Positions 40,849 through 52,200 are shown, counted from the first letter of the stretch. The stretch is DNA of 64,000 nt from an uncultured Chloroflexia bacterium (GCA_963825525.1 CAWGTN010000002.1:992001-1056000); one strand, 5' to 3'. Notes: generated by a model not told the origin, from the letters alone. Translations and numbers: made by a program.

Positions 40849-42066
40849 GTGCCCATTGACGTCAGACCCTACGACGGGACCGCCCGTGACTTCCTCGCCG
40901 CGGCTGAAACTGCCTTCGGTGAGCACCTGCGTGACGAGGACGCCGCCGTCTTCGAGCCGATCTTCGAGCCTGACCGAGCCATCGGAACGTGGGACGGCGA
41001 GCGACTGGTCGGTACCGCTGCCGCATTCAGCTTCGAGATGACGGTCCCCGGCGGGGTGCTGCCGACCGCCGGCATCACGATGGTCGGGGTGCAACCGACG
41101 CATCGACGGCGCGGAGCGCTGCGGCAGATGATGCGGATGCAGCTCGACGACATCCATGATCGCGGCGAGGCGCTCGCCATCCTGTGGGCCAGCGAGGGGA
41201 GCATCTACCAACGGTTCGGATATGGGATGTCGACCATGGCGGCACGAGTGGAGGTGGCGCGCGAGCGCTCCGCCTTCGGACGGCCGCATGCGCCGTCTGG
41301 CGAGATCCGATTCGTGGACGTGGACGAGGCACGGCGGCTGTTCCCTCCGATCTACGACGCGGTCCGTCCCGGACGACCCGGCTTCTTCGTTCGGACGCCC
41401 GCGTTCTGGGACGAGACACTCCACGATCCGGAGCATTGGCGTCGCGGGGCGGGAGCGGCGTTCCACGTCGTGCACGAGGTGAATGGCGTGGCCGATGGAT
41501 ACGCGCGTTACCGCATCAACCACAAGTGGGACGACGACGGTCCGAACTCTTCCCTCATCGTCAGCGAGCTGATGGCAACCAACTCGGCCGCTCACCTCGA
41601 CCTGTGGCGGTTCCTCCTCGACGTCGACCTCATCGGCAAGATCGAAGCGTGGAACATCGCACCCGACGATTCGCTGTTCCTCTCCGTCCTCGAGCCGCGC
41701 AGGCTGGAACTGGGATTCGGCGACGGCATCTGGCTGCGGGTGGTGGACGTGGGGGCGGCGCTGGCGGGGCGGCGGTACGGAACCGACGGACGCCTGGTCA
41801 TCGACGTCGTGGATCCGTTCTGCTCGTGGAACGAGGGCCGCTGGTCGCTCCTTGTCGAAGGAGGCGTGCCACGCGTGGAGCGCACGGACGACGCGCCCGA
41901 TCTGGCGGCTGAGATCAATGACCTGGGCGCTGCATACCTTGGCGGATTCTCGTTCCGTGCGCTCACCGACGCGATGCGCGTGACGGAGGCGGCACCTGGC
42001 GGAGTCGCGCGCGCCGATCTCCTGTTCCGCACGGAACGACCACCGTGGTGCCCGCGAGTCTTCTGA
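40849..42066 (+). CDS. Eis-like GNAT acetyltransferase with SCP2 domain
   Basis: VGVQPTHRRRG, LWASEGSIYQRFGYG, WLRVVDV, terminal PRVF. Confidence 0.93.
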   Translation: MPIDVRPYDGTARDFLAAAETAFGEHLRDEDAAVFEPIFEPDRAIGTWDGERLVGTAAAFSFEMTVPGGVLPTAGITMVGVQPTHRRRGALRQMMRMQLDDIHDRGEALAILWASEGSIYQRFGYGMSTMAARVEVARERSAFGRPHAPSGEIRFVDVDEARRLFPPIYDAVRPGRPGFFVRTPAFWDETLHDPEHWRRGAGAAFHVVHEVNGVADGYARYRINHKWDDDGPNSSLIVSELMATNSAAHLDLWRFLLDVDLIGKIEAWNIAPDDSLFLSVLEPRRLELGFGDGIWLRVVDVGAALAGRRYGTDGRLVIDVVDPFCSWNEGRWSLLVEGGVPRVERTDDAPDLAAEINDLGAAYLGGFSFRALTDAMRVTEAAPGGVARADLLFRTERPPWCPRVF

Positions 42067-42070
42067 CCGA

Positions 42071-43645
42071 CTAGCCCGCGACGGGCGCGGCCGCCGCGGA
42101 CGCCTCCGAGTCCTTGGCTGACGGGTTGCGAATTCCCACCGCGTTGATCGCCGCGCCCGCGAACAGGAGGAGCGCGGAGACGAACATCGCGAGATGGAAC
42201 GCGTCGGTGGACGCCTCCCGCACGGCTGCTGCCAGCGTCGCGTCGGTGCCGGGGGGAACGCTGGTCAAGGGCTGGATCTGCTGTGCGCGGGCGTCATCGG
42301 CGCTCAAGCCGGGGACCCGCTCGGCGAGGAGTGGGTAGAAGCTGGCCGTGATCGCGATGAACAGGACGGCGCTCATGAGGGGCGCCCCGACCCGCGACAC
42401 CGCGTTGTTGATGGCCGAGCCGAGTCCGGCACGCCGCACCGGCACCGAGCTCATGAGAGCCGTGGTGAGGGGCGCCACGAGGAGCGAGATGCCGATTCCG
42501 AAGACCAGCAGTGGCAGGATCACGTCAATGATGGCGTCGCCCGGTGGGACGAGGGAGGACGGGACGGTGAGATCCGCGGCCCACGCCTGGCTGTCTGCCG
42601 GGATGCGCGCCAGCCACAGCAGGCCGAGTCCCATGATGATGGGGCCGATGGTGAGGAACAGGCGCGGACCCAGGCGGCCGGCCAGCTGCCCGGCGGGCGT
42701 CGAGAGGAATGTGAGGCAGATCCCGACCGGCAGGCCGATCGCGCCGGCGGCGACCGGCGAGTAGGCCAGCGTGCCCTGCAGGAACAGGCTCTGGAAGATG
42801 AGCGTCACGTACAGCGCGCCGTAGATCACGAACGTGGACAGGTTGACCACCGTGAAGTTGCGCGACGAGAACAGGCTCATCGGCACCAGCGGGTTCGCGC
42901 GCATGCGCATGAGGAACGGAAAGGCGATGGTCGCCACCGCTCCGATGGCCAGGGATATCCACGCGATGACGTCCTGCCACTGGCGTTCCGCCCCGCGGGT
43001 GGCACCGAATGCCAGCCCGCCGACCCCGATCGCGATGACGATGGCCCCCAGCCAGTCGAACGAGCCATCGGCCTCCTCGTCGCGGCTCTCGGCGACGACC
43101 GACGTGGCGTACAGGGCAATGAGCACGAGCGGCACGTTGATGAGGAATGCGGCACGCCAGCTGATCGACTGGACCAGGAATCCGCCGAGGAACGGGCCGA
43201 GGATCATGGTGGCCGAGGTGCCGGCCGCCCACAGGCCGATCGCCCGTCCGCGGTCCTCGCCCTCGAACGTGGCGGTGATGATCGAGAGGCTGCCGGGTAC
43301 GAGCAGCGCTCCGAAGGCACCCTGCACCAGCCGGGCCAGGATGAGGAGCTCCATGTTCGGCGCCAGCCCGCAGGCTATCGACGCAGCACCGAATCCGACC
43401 AGGCCGATGCGGAACATGCGCCGCCGTCCATAGAAGTCGCTGATGCCGCCGGCCAGGATGAGCAGCGCGGCCAGGACCGCGAGGTAGCCGCTGTTGACGT
43501 ACGTGAGGCCCTCGACGCGGCCCACCAGGGTCGACGGAAGCTCGCGACCGATCGTTTCGAGGGCGACGTTCACGATCGTGCCGTCCAGGAAGACGATGGC
43601 CGATCCGAGAATGACCGCCAGCAGGGTGCCGAAACGGGTGCTCAC
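42071..43645 (-). CDS. MFS transporter (DHA2, 14 TMS)
   Basis: FLDGTIVNVAL, SDFYGRRR, WRAAFLINVP. Confidence 0.95.
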   Translation of the reverse strand: MSTRFGTLLAVILGSAIVFLDGTIVNVALETIGRELPSTLVGRVEGLTYVNSGYLAVLAALLILAGGISDFYGRRRMFRIGLVGFGAASIACGLAPNMELLILARLVQGAFGALLVPGSLSIITATFEGEDRGRAIGLWAAGTSATMILGPFLGGFLVQSISWRAAFLINVPLVLIALYATSVVAESRDEEADGSFDWLGAIVIAIGVGGLAFGATRGAERQWQDVIAWISLAIGAVATIAFPFLMRMRANPLVPMSLFSSRNFTVVNLSTFVIYGALYVTLIFQSLFLQGTLAYSPVAAGAIGLPVGICLTFLSTPAGQLAGRLGPRLFLTIGPIIMGLGLLWLARIPADSQAWAADLTVPSSLVPPGDAIIDVILPLLVFGIGISLLVAPLTTALMSSVPVRRAGLGSAINNAVSRVGAPLMSAVLFIAITASFYPLLAERVPGLSADDARAQQIQPLTSVPPGTDATLAAAVREASTDAFHLAMFVSALLLFAGAAINAVGIRNPSAKDSEASAAAAPVAG

Positions 43646-43673
43646 GCCGTCATCCTACGCCCGCATTGCCCGG

Positions 43674-45053
43674 TCACGCGATCGGTTCGAAGCGGGCCGT
43701 GAAGTGCCGTAGCGCGGCAGGTTGTTCGACGATCCGGTAGCCGCGCAGCTCCGACGCGCGCTCGGCCACCCAGCAGATGACCTCGATGCAGTAGTCGACG
43801 TGCGACTGGGTGTACATCCGGCGCGGGATCGCGAGGCGGACCAGCTCCATGGGCGCCGGCGTCTCGGTGCCGTCGGGATGCATGCCGAACATGACGCTGC
43901 CGATCTCCACCGACCGGATCCCGCCTTCCCGATACAGGGCTGCGGACAGTGACTGGCCCGGATACTCGAGCGGCGGGATGTGCGGGAGGAGCGCCCGGGC
44001 GTCGATGTACACGGCATGCCCGCCGATCGGCTGGACGCAGGGGACGCCCGCGGCAACCAGCGCCTCACCGAGGTAGGCGGTCGAGCGGATCCTGTAGCGC
44101 AGGTAATCGTCCTCCACGACCTCGCGCAGTCCCTGCGCCATGGCTTCGAGATCACGGCCAGAGAGGCCGCCGTAGGTGGGGAATCCCTCGGTCAGGATGA
44201 GCAGGTTGCGGCACTGCTCGGCCCATGCGTCGTTGTTCATGGCCAGCCAGCCGCCGATGTTGGCGAGCGCGTCCTTCTTGCCGGACATCGTCATGCCATC
44301 GGCCAGGGCCGCGATCTCGCGCACGATGTCCGGGATCGCGGCGTCGGCGTAGCCGTCCTCGCGCTGCTTGATGAACCACGCGTTCTCGGCGAAGCGACAG
44401 GCATCCAGGAACAGGGGCAGGCCGTAGCGGTCGCAGACCTCGCGGACCGCCCGGAGATTTGCGAGCGACACGGGTTGACCCCCGCCCGAGTTGTTGGTGA
44501 TGGTCACGAACACCACGGGGATGGCATCGGGGCCGCGGTCGCGGATGAGCGCGTCGAGGGCATCGGTGTCCATGTTGCCTTTGAACGGGTGGATGGTTGC
44601 CGGCTCGCGACCCTCGGGGATCACGAGGTCGACGGCCTCGGCGCCGGTGAACTCGACATTGGCGCGGGTCGTGTCGAAGTGCGTGTTCGACGGGATGACC
44701 TTGCCCGGCCCGCCGATGACGCTGAACAGGATCTTCTCGGCCGCCCTGCCCTGGTGAGTCGGGATGACGTGGCGGAACGGCCAGAGCTCGGTGACCGACT
44801 CGAGGAATCGGAACCAGGAGGGGGAGCCGGCGTACGATTCGTCACCGCGCTGCACGCCCGCCCACTGCTCGCTGCTCATGGCGCCGGTCCCGGAGTCGGT
44901 GAGCAGGTCGATGAGCACGTCCGCGGCGTGAAGGTTGAACAGGTTATAGCCCGCCTCACGCAGCCTCTCATCGCGCTCCGCGACGCTGGTCAGGCGTATC
45001 GGCTCGACGCTCTTGATGCGGAAGGGCTCGATGATCGTGGTGAATCGGTCCAT
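43674..45053 (-). CDS. tnaA: Tryptophanase (beta-eliminating lyase; tyrosine phenol-lyase not excluded)
   Basis: EPFRIKSVE, DLLTDSGT, HQGRAAE, MSGKKD, EGFPTYGG, LRHFTARF. Confidence 0.88.
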   Translation of the reverse strand: MDRFTTIIEPFRIKSVEPIRLTSVAERDERLREAGYNLFNLHAADVLIDLLTDSGTGAMSSEQWAGVQRGDESYAGSPSWFRFLESVTELWPFRHVIPTHQGRAAEKILFSVIGGPGKVIPSNTHFDTTRANVEFTGAEAVDLVIPEGREPATIHPFKGNMDTDALDALIRDRGPDAIPVVFVTITNNSGGGQPVSLANLRAVREVCDRYGLPLFLDACRFAENAWFIKQREDGYADAAIPDIVREIAALADGMTMSGKKDALANIGGWLAMNNDAWAEQCRNLLILTEGFPTYGGLSGRDLEAMAQGLREVVEDDYLRYRIRSTAYLGEALVAAGVPCVQPIGGHAVYIDARALLPHIPPLEYPGQSLSAALYREGGIRSVEIGSVMFGMHPDGTETPAPMELVRLAIPRRMYTQSHVDYCIEVICWVAERASELRGYRIVEQPAALRHFTARFEPIA

Positions 45054-45133
45054 CGGCGCCGATGGTAGTCCGTTGCACGTGCTCGCCGATGATCCGGGTG
45101 GCGTCCGACGATCCGGCCATCCATGATGGCCAC

Positions 45134-46081
45134 ATGGGTCGAGCATTGGCGATCTGCGGTTGGCTTGCGTGGCAGACGCGCCGCCGCGTGGGCGGGTTCG
45201 TGGGTCAGGCCATTGCGCCGGCGCTTGCCCTCGTCCTCGTCATCGTCGGCCTGCTGCCGGCCGTGCTCCCCCTCCTCGACCCTCAGCCCCAGGACGCAAC
45301 CGTCGAGGACGTGATCGGCGGCGACGTGAGCCAGCCCGACGGCTGGGTGCGGCTCGTCGGACGGACGATCCCGCTCGAGATGTCTCCGACCGGGGCTCCG
45401 GGACGCTATGCCCTGCTCATCGACGCCGCCAACCAGCTACGCGCAATCGTGATCCGGGCCCCGACGCTGGTTGCCCGCGACGAGATCGCGGTCACGGGCC
45501 ATCTGACCGATGCCACCGTCCTCGTGACGGAGGACCTGCCGATCGAGGCGACCGTGGCCGGCACCCCACCGGTCATCGTGAGCGACCAGCTGTTGACCCT
45601 CGACGCGACACCGAAACCGGTCCGGGCCGTGATGTGGCCACTGGGCATTCCCGCCCTGATGATGGCCGCGGTCCTGCTCGTCGGCGCAAGGGTCGGCTAT
45701 CCGATCTTCCGACCTACCGTGTCGGTCGACGTCCTGGCCCGCCCGCTGGCGGTCGGCGAGCGGATCCCGACCGCCTTCGGCGGTCGAGTCGGGCCTCTCG
45801 CCGCCGACCTGGCTGACCCTGCCGGCGCGCTGCTGCTCATGCGTCGCGACGAGCGCGCCAATCTGCTGACCGTGCAGCCGCTGGCATCGGAGCACGGTCC
45901 AGCGCCGAAGCCGGTGCTCATCGGCGGCGGCTGGACGGCCGGCCGCATCGGCTCGGTCCACACCATCTCCGAGACGATCGCCGCCCTTGAGGTCCGCTCC
46001 GAGCTGGTCGAAGCCACCTTCCTGTTTGCCCGAGACGCGGAGCGCGACCGAGTCGCGGCCCACATCAGCATCGACCGATGA
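45134..46081 (+). CDS. Hypothetical membrane protein (start uncertain)
   Basis: Two TM segments, GC3-biased ORF. Confidence 0.7.
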   Translation: MGRALAICGWLAWQTRRRVGGFVGQAIAPALALVLVIVGLLPAVLPLLDPQPQDATVEDVIGGDVSQPDGWVRLVGRTIPLEMSPTGAPGRYALLIDAANQLRAIVIRAPTLVARDEIAVTGHLTDATVLVTEDLPIEATVAGTPPVIVSDQLLTLDATPKPVRAVMWPLGIPALMMAAVLLVGARVGYPIFRPTVSVDVLARPLAVGERIPTAFGGRVGPLAADLADPAGALLLMRRDERANLLTVQPLASEHGPAPKPVLIGGGWTAGRIGSVHTISETIAALEVRSELVEATFLFARDAERDRVAAHISIDR

Positions 46082-46144
46082 GCCCAGGGCTTGCCCTGGC
46101 GCGAGAAGATACGTCGTCACACACCGCATTCGGAGGACACGCCG

Positions 46145-46561
46145 ATGGCCTGGGAGTCACTCGGTGGCGAGCTCGCTTCTGCACCCGCGGTGACCAGCTG
46201 GGCGGCCAACGAGATGCAGGTCTTCGCGATCCAACCTGACGGCGCCCTGTGGAACCGCTACTGGGACGGACGCCGCTGGCATGACTGGGAGTCGCTCGGC
46301 GGCGAGCTGGTGGGCAACCCGTCGGCCTGCAGCTGGGGCGCCGACCGCATCGATCTCTTTGCCCGCGGAGCCGATGGCTCGCTGCAGCACTGCTGGTATC
46401 AGCCCGGTGGCTGGACGGGCTGGGAATCGCTCGGCGGCGACCTGACCTCCGATCCGGCGGCAGCAAGCTGGGGGCCGAATCGGCTCGACGTGTTCGGGCG
46501 CGGTCCGGCGGGCGATCTTCAGCACGCGTGGTGGGACGGGTCTTCCTGGTCCTGGGACTGA
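46145..46561 (+). CDS. Three-repeat lectin-like beta-propeller fragment protein (PLL/fucose-lectin-type repeats)
   Basis: GGAGG RBS; three ~45-aa repeats WESLGG-x4-P-x3-SW...VF-x-RG-x-DG-x-L-x-H-x-W. Confidence 0.85.
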   Translation: MAWESLGGELASAPAVTSWAANEMQVFAIQPDGALWNRYWDGRRWHDWESLGGELVGNPSACSWGADRIDLFARGADGSLQHCWYQPGGWTGWESLGGDLTSDPAAASWGPNRLDVFGRGPAGDLQHAWWDGSSWSWD

Positions 46562-46593
46562 TCCAGGCGGAGGGCATCGACCGTATCGGTGAC

Positions 46594-47097
46594 ATGACCA
46601 CCCATCGCGTCCCGCATCCGTCGTCCGACACCCGCGAATCCGCCTGGGACTACCCACGGCCACCGGCGATCAGCCCGTCGGATCGGCTCGTCCGAATCGT
46701 GCATGGCGGGGAGCTGATCGCCGAATCCCGACGCGCCCTGCGCGTGCTCGAGACCGCCGGCGCACCGGTCTGGTACCTGCCGTCCGCCGACGTGCGGCTC
46801 GACCTGCTGCGCCCCGCCATCGGCCATCAGACCCTTTGCGAGTGGAAGGGGGTGGCCGTGTACCTGGACATCGTGGTCGGCGGGCTGATCAGTGCCCGGG
46901 CCGCGTGGTCGTATCCGCATCCCATGGCCGGATACGAGCCGATTGCCGGCCATCTCGCGTTCTACGCGTCGCGCGTGGACGCCGCGACCGTGGATGGCGA
47001 GCTCGTCCGACCGCAGCCGGGTGGCTTCTACGGCGGCTGGGTCACCGATGACGTCGTCGGTCCGTTCAAGGGCGAGCCCGGCACCGAGGGCTGGTAG
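46594..47097 (+). CDS. DUF427 domain protein
   Basis: ESAWDYPRPP, RVLET, CEWKG, QPGGFYGGW. Confidence 0.92.
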   Translation: MTTHRVPHPSSDTRESAWDYPRPPAISPSDRLVRIVHGGELIAESRRALRVLETAGAPVWYLPSADVRLDLLRPAIGHQTLCEWKGVAVYLDIVVGGLISARAAWSYPHPMAGYEPIAGHLAFYASRVDAATVDGELVRPQPGGFYGGWVTDDVVGPFKGEPGTEGW

Positions 47098-47120
47098 CTC
47101 CCGCTGCAGCCGGTCCGGGC

Positions 47121-48497
47121 TCAGGCCAGCAGCATCACCACGATGGTCACCACGTAGGCGACGAGCAGCAACCCTCCCACCGCGAGGTTGAGGTTCACGT
47201 TGGTGCCCATCACCGCCATGAGCGTGTACGGGCTGTCGTAGTGGACCTTGATTCCCCGGTGGACGCGGAACACGATCGGCAGCGCAGCCAGCGCGATGAG
47301 GGTGGGCCAGGGAAGCACGCCCGCGGCCGCGCCGATGACGACCACGCCGAAGGCCGCCAGGGCCGCCACCAGGTAGGCCGCCTGGATGATCCGTGGCGAG
47401 AACCGGACCGGCAAGGTGCGCTTTCCGGCCTCGGCATCGCTGCGCCGATCGGGTATCTCGTTCACGAACAGGATGAGGGAGATGAGAATGCCCGGCACGA
47501 ACGACAGCACCAGCGGCTCCACGGCGATTTCGCCGGTCTGGACCACGTAGGCGCCCAGCAGCATGATCGGGCCGAAGCCGATGGCGACCGCGAACTCGCC
47601 GAGCCCCCGATAGACGAGCTTCAGCGGGGGCGCCGTATAGGCGATGCCGACCACGATCCCGGCCACGCCGATCCACAGCAGCGTCATCGAACCGGTGACT
47701 GCCACGAGGAGGAGGCCGATGAGCGCTGCAACACCGAACAGGCCAACGCTGAGCTGGGTCAGGCCACGGATCGTCACGAGATCGTACACCGCCACCCGCG
47801 AGCCTCCCGAGAACTGGGTGGGGGTTGTGTTGGCGTCATCGGCCCCTGAGAGCGTGTCGAAGATGTCGTTCGAAACGTTGATGGCAAGGTGCGCGAATGA
47901 ACCGCCGATGAGGGTCAGCAGCGCCGTCCACCAGGTGAACGCCCCGTGGCTGGCGGCCACCGCGATCCCCAGCAGCACCGGGACTGCGGTCGCCGAAAGG
48001 AACGGCAGGCGCGTCGTGCGCAGGGCGAGCCAGAACGGGCTCAGTTTGGGCCGGATGGTCCGGCCCTTCTCGATCGAGAGCTGACCCAGGTAGCGCCGGG
48101 ACTGCGGGACGGATCGCTCGGAATACTCGAAGAACGGGACCTCGGTCTCGTCCCATCCCCAGGCCCGGGTCGGCGTGAAGGTGACTCCGTCGGTGGTCCG
48201 ACCCCAGAGCTGGATATAGCGACGCTCGTCGTAGCCGATCCCCTCCTGTGGGTGAATGTGGCTGCCCATCACGCTGACCTCGCGATCGGCCGGAATCGGC
48301 ATGGCGGCCGGGACGCTCAGGGTCACGCGCCCGGCGGGCGCGTCCACCGCGAACGATGTGGCCACGCTGGTCGGATACCCCGCATCATCGATCCAGCTCA
48401 CGATCACGTGCGGGTACGCGGCGAGTCGCTCGAGGTCGGCCGGGGTCGGATCGTGGGCCGGGATGGAGCCGGACCGCATCGGGGTGGCGGTGGTCAT
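47121..48497 (-). CDS. MenA/UbiA prenyltransferase with extra N-terminal PPOX-like domain
   Basis: NDIFDTLSGAD, FSGGS, YTAPP, NEIPD...DAEAGKRTL; N-terminal ~140 aa IVSWIDDAGYPTS...RYIQLWG. Confidence 0.85.
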   Translation of the reverse strand: MTTATPMRSGSIPAHDPTPADLERLAAYPHVIVSWIDDAGYPTSVATSFAVDAPAGRVTLSVPAAMPIPADREVSVMGSHIHPQEGIGYDERRYIQLWGRTTDGVTFTPTRAWGWDETEVPFFEYSERSVPQSRRYLGQLSIEKGRTIRPKLSPFWLALRTTRLPFLSATAVPVLLGIAVAASHGAFTWWTALLTLIGGSFAHLAINVSNDIFDTLSGADDANTTPTQFSGGSRVAVYDLVTIRGLTQLSVGLFGVAALIGLLLVAVTGSMTLLWIGVAGIVVGIAYTAPPLKLVYRGLGEFAVAIGFGPIMLLGAYVVQTGEIAVEPLVLSFVPGILISLILFVNEIPDRRSDAEAGKRTLPVRFSPRIIQAAYLVAALAAFGVVVIGAAAGVLPWPTLIALAALPIVFRVHRGIKVHYDSPYTLMAVMGTNVNLNLAVGGLLLVAYVVTIVVMLLA

Positions 48498-48997
48498 CAC
48501 GCGACCTCCTGGCGCGGGGCGAGGCTCTCGATCGGAGGCCGGTCCGTTCGACCGTCGGGCCAGTACAGCGCGCGCTCCGGGGTGATCTCGATCACGGCAC
48601 GCTCGAAGAACAGCGGCAGCGCGACGCGTGCCTTGAGGAAGTCGTTGATGGCCGGCTCCTTCGCCCGCCACAGATCGAGAATCAGGCGCTCCCAGTCGGC
48701 GTGCGGGTCGTCGTCGATGACCCGGGCCGTTCCCTGGATCGTGGCGCGGTCGAGATTGCCCTTCATGGCGACCGGATCGGTCAGCGCCAGGCTGACTCGC
48801 GGATCGCGCTTGATGTGCTCGAGCTTCTTGCTGAACAGCGTGGACGAGTGAAGGTAGATCTTGTCGCCGTCATAGAGCGGGATGAGCGGGTGGCTGACCG
48901 GTCGCCCGTTGCGCCCGATGACGGTGAGCTCACCGACCAGCGCGACCTCAAGCAGGCGCTCGATCGGTTCTGCCAGCCATCCCATCGGGGTCTCCAT
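48497..48997 (-). CDS. Pyridoxamine 5'-phosphate oxidase-like (split-barrel) protein
   Basis: GELTVIGRNGRP, KLEHIKRDPRVSL, IQGTARV, IEITPER. Confidence 0.88.
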   Translation of the reverse strand: METPMGWLAEPIERLLEVALVGELTVIGRNGRPVSHPLIPLYDGDKIYLHSSTLFSKKLEHIKRDPRVSLALTDPVAMKGNLDRATIQGTARVIDDDPHADWERLILDLWRAKEPAINDFLKARVALPLFFERAVIEITPERALYWPDGRTDRPPIESLAPRQEVA

Positions 48998-49098
48998 CTG
49001 ATGCAAATAACGTGGTACCTGATCCTAGCATGATTACGTCTCAGGGTCCGCCGACGCATCAGTCAGCGGGTGGCACGCGGGCTGCATCTCGCGATGGC

Positions 49099-49251
49099 AT
49101 GACGATCCAGCAACCGCCGCCCGACCACGTTCCGGACACGCCTGACGAAGACCCGGCCCGCGACGGGGCCCCGGAGCCCGAACAGCAAGCACCCGGTGCC
49201 GATGAGACACCCGTCGGGGCACCGCGGGACGAGCCCGACCCGGTGGAATGA
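49099..49251 (+). CDS. Possible small acidic Pro-rich protein (50 aa)
   Basis: ORF fills an intergenic gap with GC3-rich codons; no motif. Confidence 0.35.
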   Translation: MTIQQPPPDHVPDTPDEDPARDGAPEPEQQAPGADETPVGAPRDEPDPVE

Positions 49252-49298
49252 CCGTGAGCGACCCGGCCCGTCCGGCCGGATCGCTCACACGGAGCCGA

Positions 49299-52200
49299 TC
49301 AGCGGTGGATCTTGATCTGGCCGTTGCGGATCGCCGCCGGCGCCCCGGTGTCGATGACGACGTCGCCCGTCGCCAGCTCCCAGATTCGGATCGCGAGGCG
49401 GTCCGGGCCATCGGTCACCGACACGCGGTAGGCGTAGCCCGAGGCACCGTTCACGGTACCGGTCCCGGCGTAGCGGGCGGCCGAGCCGTCCGGCTCCGCC
49501 ACCAGCCACTCCACGTTGGACGACACGAATGACATCCCGGGCAGGGTGAACGTCGTGTCGCCGCTCGGCACCAGGGACTGGTTCTGGTACTTCGCCGACA
49601 GCTCGAACGATGCGATCCCGGAGCCGGTCGTGATTCGTCCTCCGCCGGTCACCTTGCTGTGCAGGGCGGGGTTGAGACCCACGAGCACCGGATCGTGATC
49701 GGACGATCGGAACGGGTCAGGCGCATACAGGGTCGTCCGGTGGTTGGCCGACTTGAACTCCACGTTGTAGTCGAGGACGGGAGGCTCGTCGGTGTTGATG
49801 TGCCACGGGGCGGCATCGATGACCTGCGCCTGGAACGACGCCGTTGCCTGGGCATGATCCAGGTAGCCCGATGCCCCCTGGAACACGTAGGTGTACGCGG
49901 CGGGACCCTCGAATTCCCACAGCAGGTCGTGGAAGCCGGCATCGGCGAGGGCGTCGATCGGCGTCTCCATGGCGTAGCTGTTGAGGTCGCCGATGATCAC
50001 CGCATCGGGATCGCCGGACGCCGTCGGATCGGCCAGCAGCCAGTCCGCGAGGGCCTCAGCCGCCGAGGTGCGTGTCTCGTTGCAGTTGCCGCCCAGATGG
50101 TCCGGCTGGTCGTCACCGATCCCACAGCCCGAACCCTTCGACTTCAGGTGGTTGACGGCCACGGTGAAGACGGCGCCGGTCGCCGTCTCGGTGAACGACT
50201 GCGCGAGAGCCGGGCGGCTGCGCGTGTCGTCGAACCGCGGATCCACGCTCGAGTCGAGGATCGCAAAGGCTCCCGTCGGGCTCACCTCGGCCGGCTGATA
50301 GATGATCGCGACCGCGATCTCGTCGGTGCCGACGACGCCGGTGCGGACATAGTCGTACGTCCCCGCCCCGACGCTGGCGTTGAGGCCGGCCACCAGGGTC
50401 GCGATGGCCGGGGTCGCATCGGCCCCGTCATTCTCGATCTCCATGAGGCCGACCACCTCCGCATCCATGGCGGCTATGGCGGAGACGATCTTGGCGTGCT
50501 GCCGATCAAACTCGGCGGGGGTGTTCGCCCCACGGGCGGTGGGGAAGCCACCACCGGCACCATCACCGTTGAAGTAGTTCAGGACGTTGAAGGCGGCGAC
50601 CTGGATGCGCCCACCAACGGCCGGCGGAGCGGTCGGGCGGCTTGCCGCGCCGTCGAACGTGATCTCACCCAGCGGCTGGAGCCGATACGAGCCGAATCCC
50701 TCGTGCACGATGGCGGTCAGGCCCGAGACGGATGCCCCGGTTCGCAGGGTGTTGGTGGCGGACAGACCCCCGGTCGGATATCGGGTCGGATCCGCGTTCT
50801 GACTGGTGTTGGCGTCGTCCAGGATGATCCTGGTTCGCGCGTTGAGATCGGAGACCGCCAGCGCGTCCGCACCCGGCTCGGCCTGGTGGGTGCCCTGGTA
50901 CTGGCGACCGAGCGAGCTGAGCACGACTTCACCGAATCGGCCGAGGCTGAAGTTCTCGGTCACCGTCATGGTCTGGGTGAAGCTGGCCAGCATCCCCTCC
51001 CAGCGCTCCCAGTCCCCCGTCGCGCTGACGGGAAGCGTGATCTGGGCCGGCGACGCCGAGTATCCCGTGTCGCAGACGGTGACCCGGGTGCCGACCTGGT
51101 CGATCTGGGTCAGTCCGCTGAACTCCGTCGCGCGTCCCGTCACGCTGACGAGATCGCCGGGCGCGACCGGCACGCTGTTGGTGCCATCGAAGACGAAGAT
51201 GGCCTCCGAGGTCATCGGGTCCGCATCGGCGTCCGCATCCTCCTCCTGGACGAAGAAGCCACGGAGCGTCGGGGATGACCCCTGGTAGTCACCGACCACG
51301 ACACCCTGGACCGTCACCGTGGTCCCGGAGATCGGAGTGCTGGTGCCTGATCCCTGGACGTCGTGGATCAGGTGGGTTGCCGGCGCACAGAATGTGCCGA
51401 CACTGAAGGAGAACACGTGATCCGCGGCCATCGCGTCCGGAGGATCCTCGACGTCCTGGTCGCTCACGTTGGCGGCGACCACGGTGACCGTGCAGGTGTC
51501 CCCGTTCACGAAATTGGCGTCCGGGTCGAGCGAGAAGGTGCTCGGGCCGCCGGATGCGACCGCGGTGTGCGCCCCGCTCGTGCAACCGATGCTGAACCAC
51601 GCCCCGCTGACGTTGACGGGCTCGCTGAAGGTGATGTCGACGTTGGCATCGACCGTGACCCCGGTCGCACCGCTGGCAGGGGACGTGACACTCACCACGG
51701 GGGCCGCGTCGCCCTGGGTCACGGTGTGGGCTCCGAGGCCGTTGAACGTGTCGGTGGCGTAGCCGTCCCACTCAACCGACGGGTCGAACGCATCGGCGCC
51801 GTTGGTGTCGCCGGCGGCAATCGCCACCTTGCGTCGCAGGGTGTTGTCGGCGGTGCTGGTGAGGCCGGTGCCCCACTCCGTTCCCGGGTCGAAGCCGATC
51901 TGGCCGACGACGTCGAGGATGGTCGTCCCGTGGCGGAGGACGACGGCATCGTCGCCGTTGTACCAACTGGCTCCGTTCGTCTGGTCTGCCTGTGCAAGGA
52001 TCGCCGCGCTGGCAGCCGACTGGGCCAAAACGTACACATCACCGTTCGCCACGGATCCGGTCAGGTTGACCGTGGTACCGACGGTCACACCGCCGTTGAA
52101 GTACATCTGGACGCTGTAGGCCTCGGCGGCAAGGTCGATGGTCGCGCCGGTCCCGTTGTAGATCTCGAGCGCCTTGTTGTTGCTCGACCCCTCGATGTAC

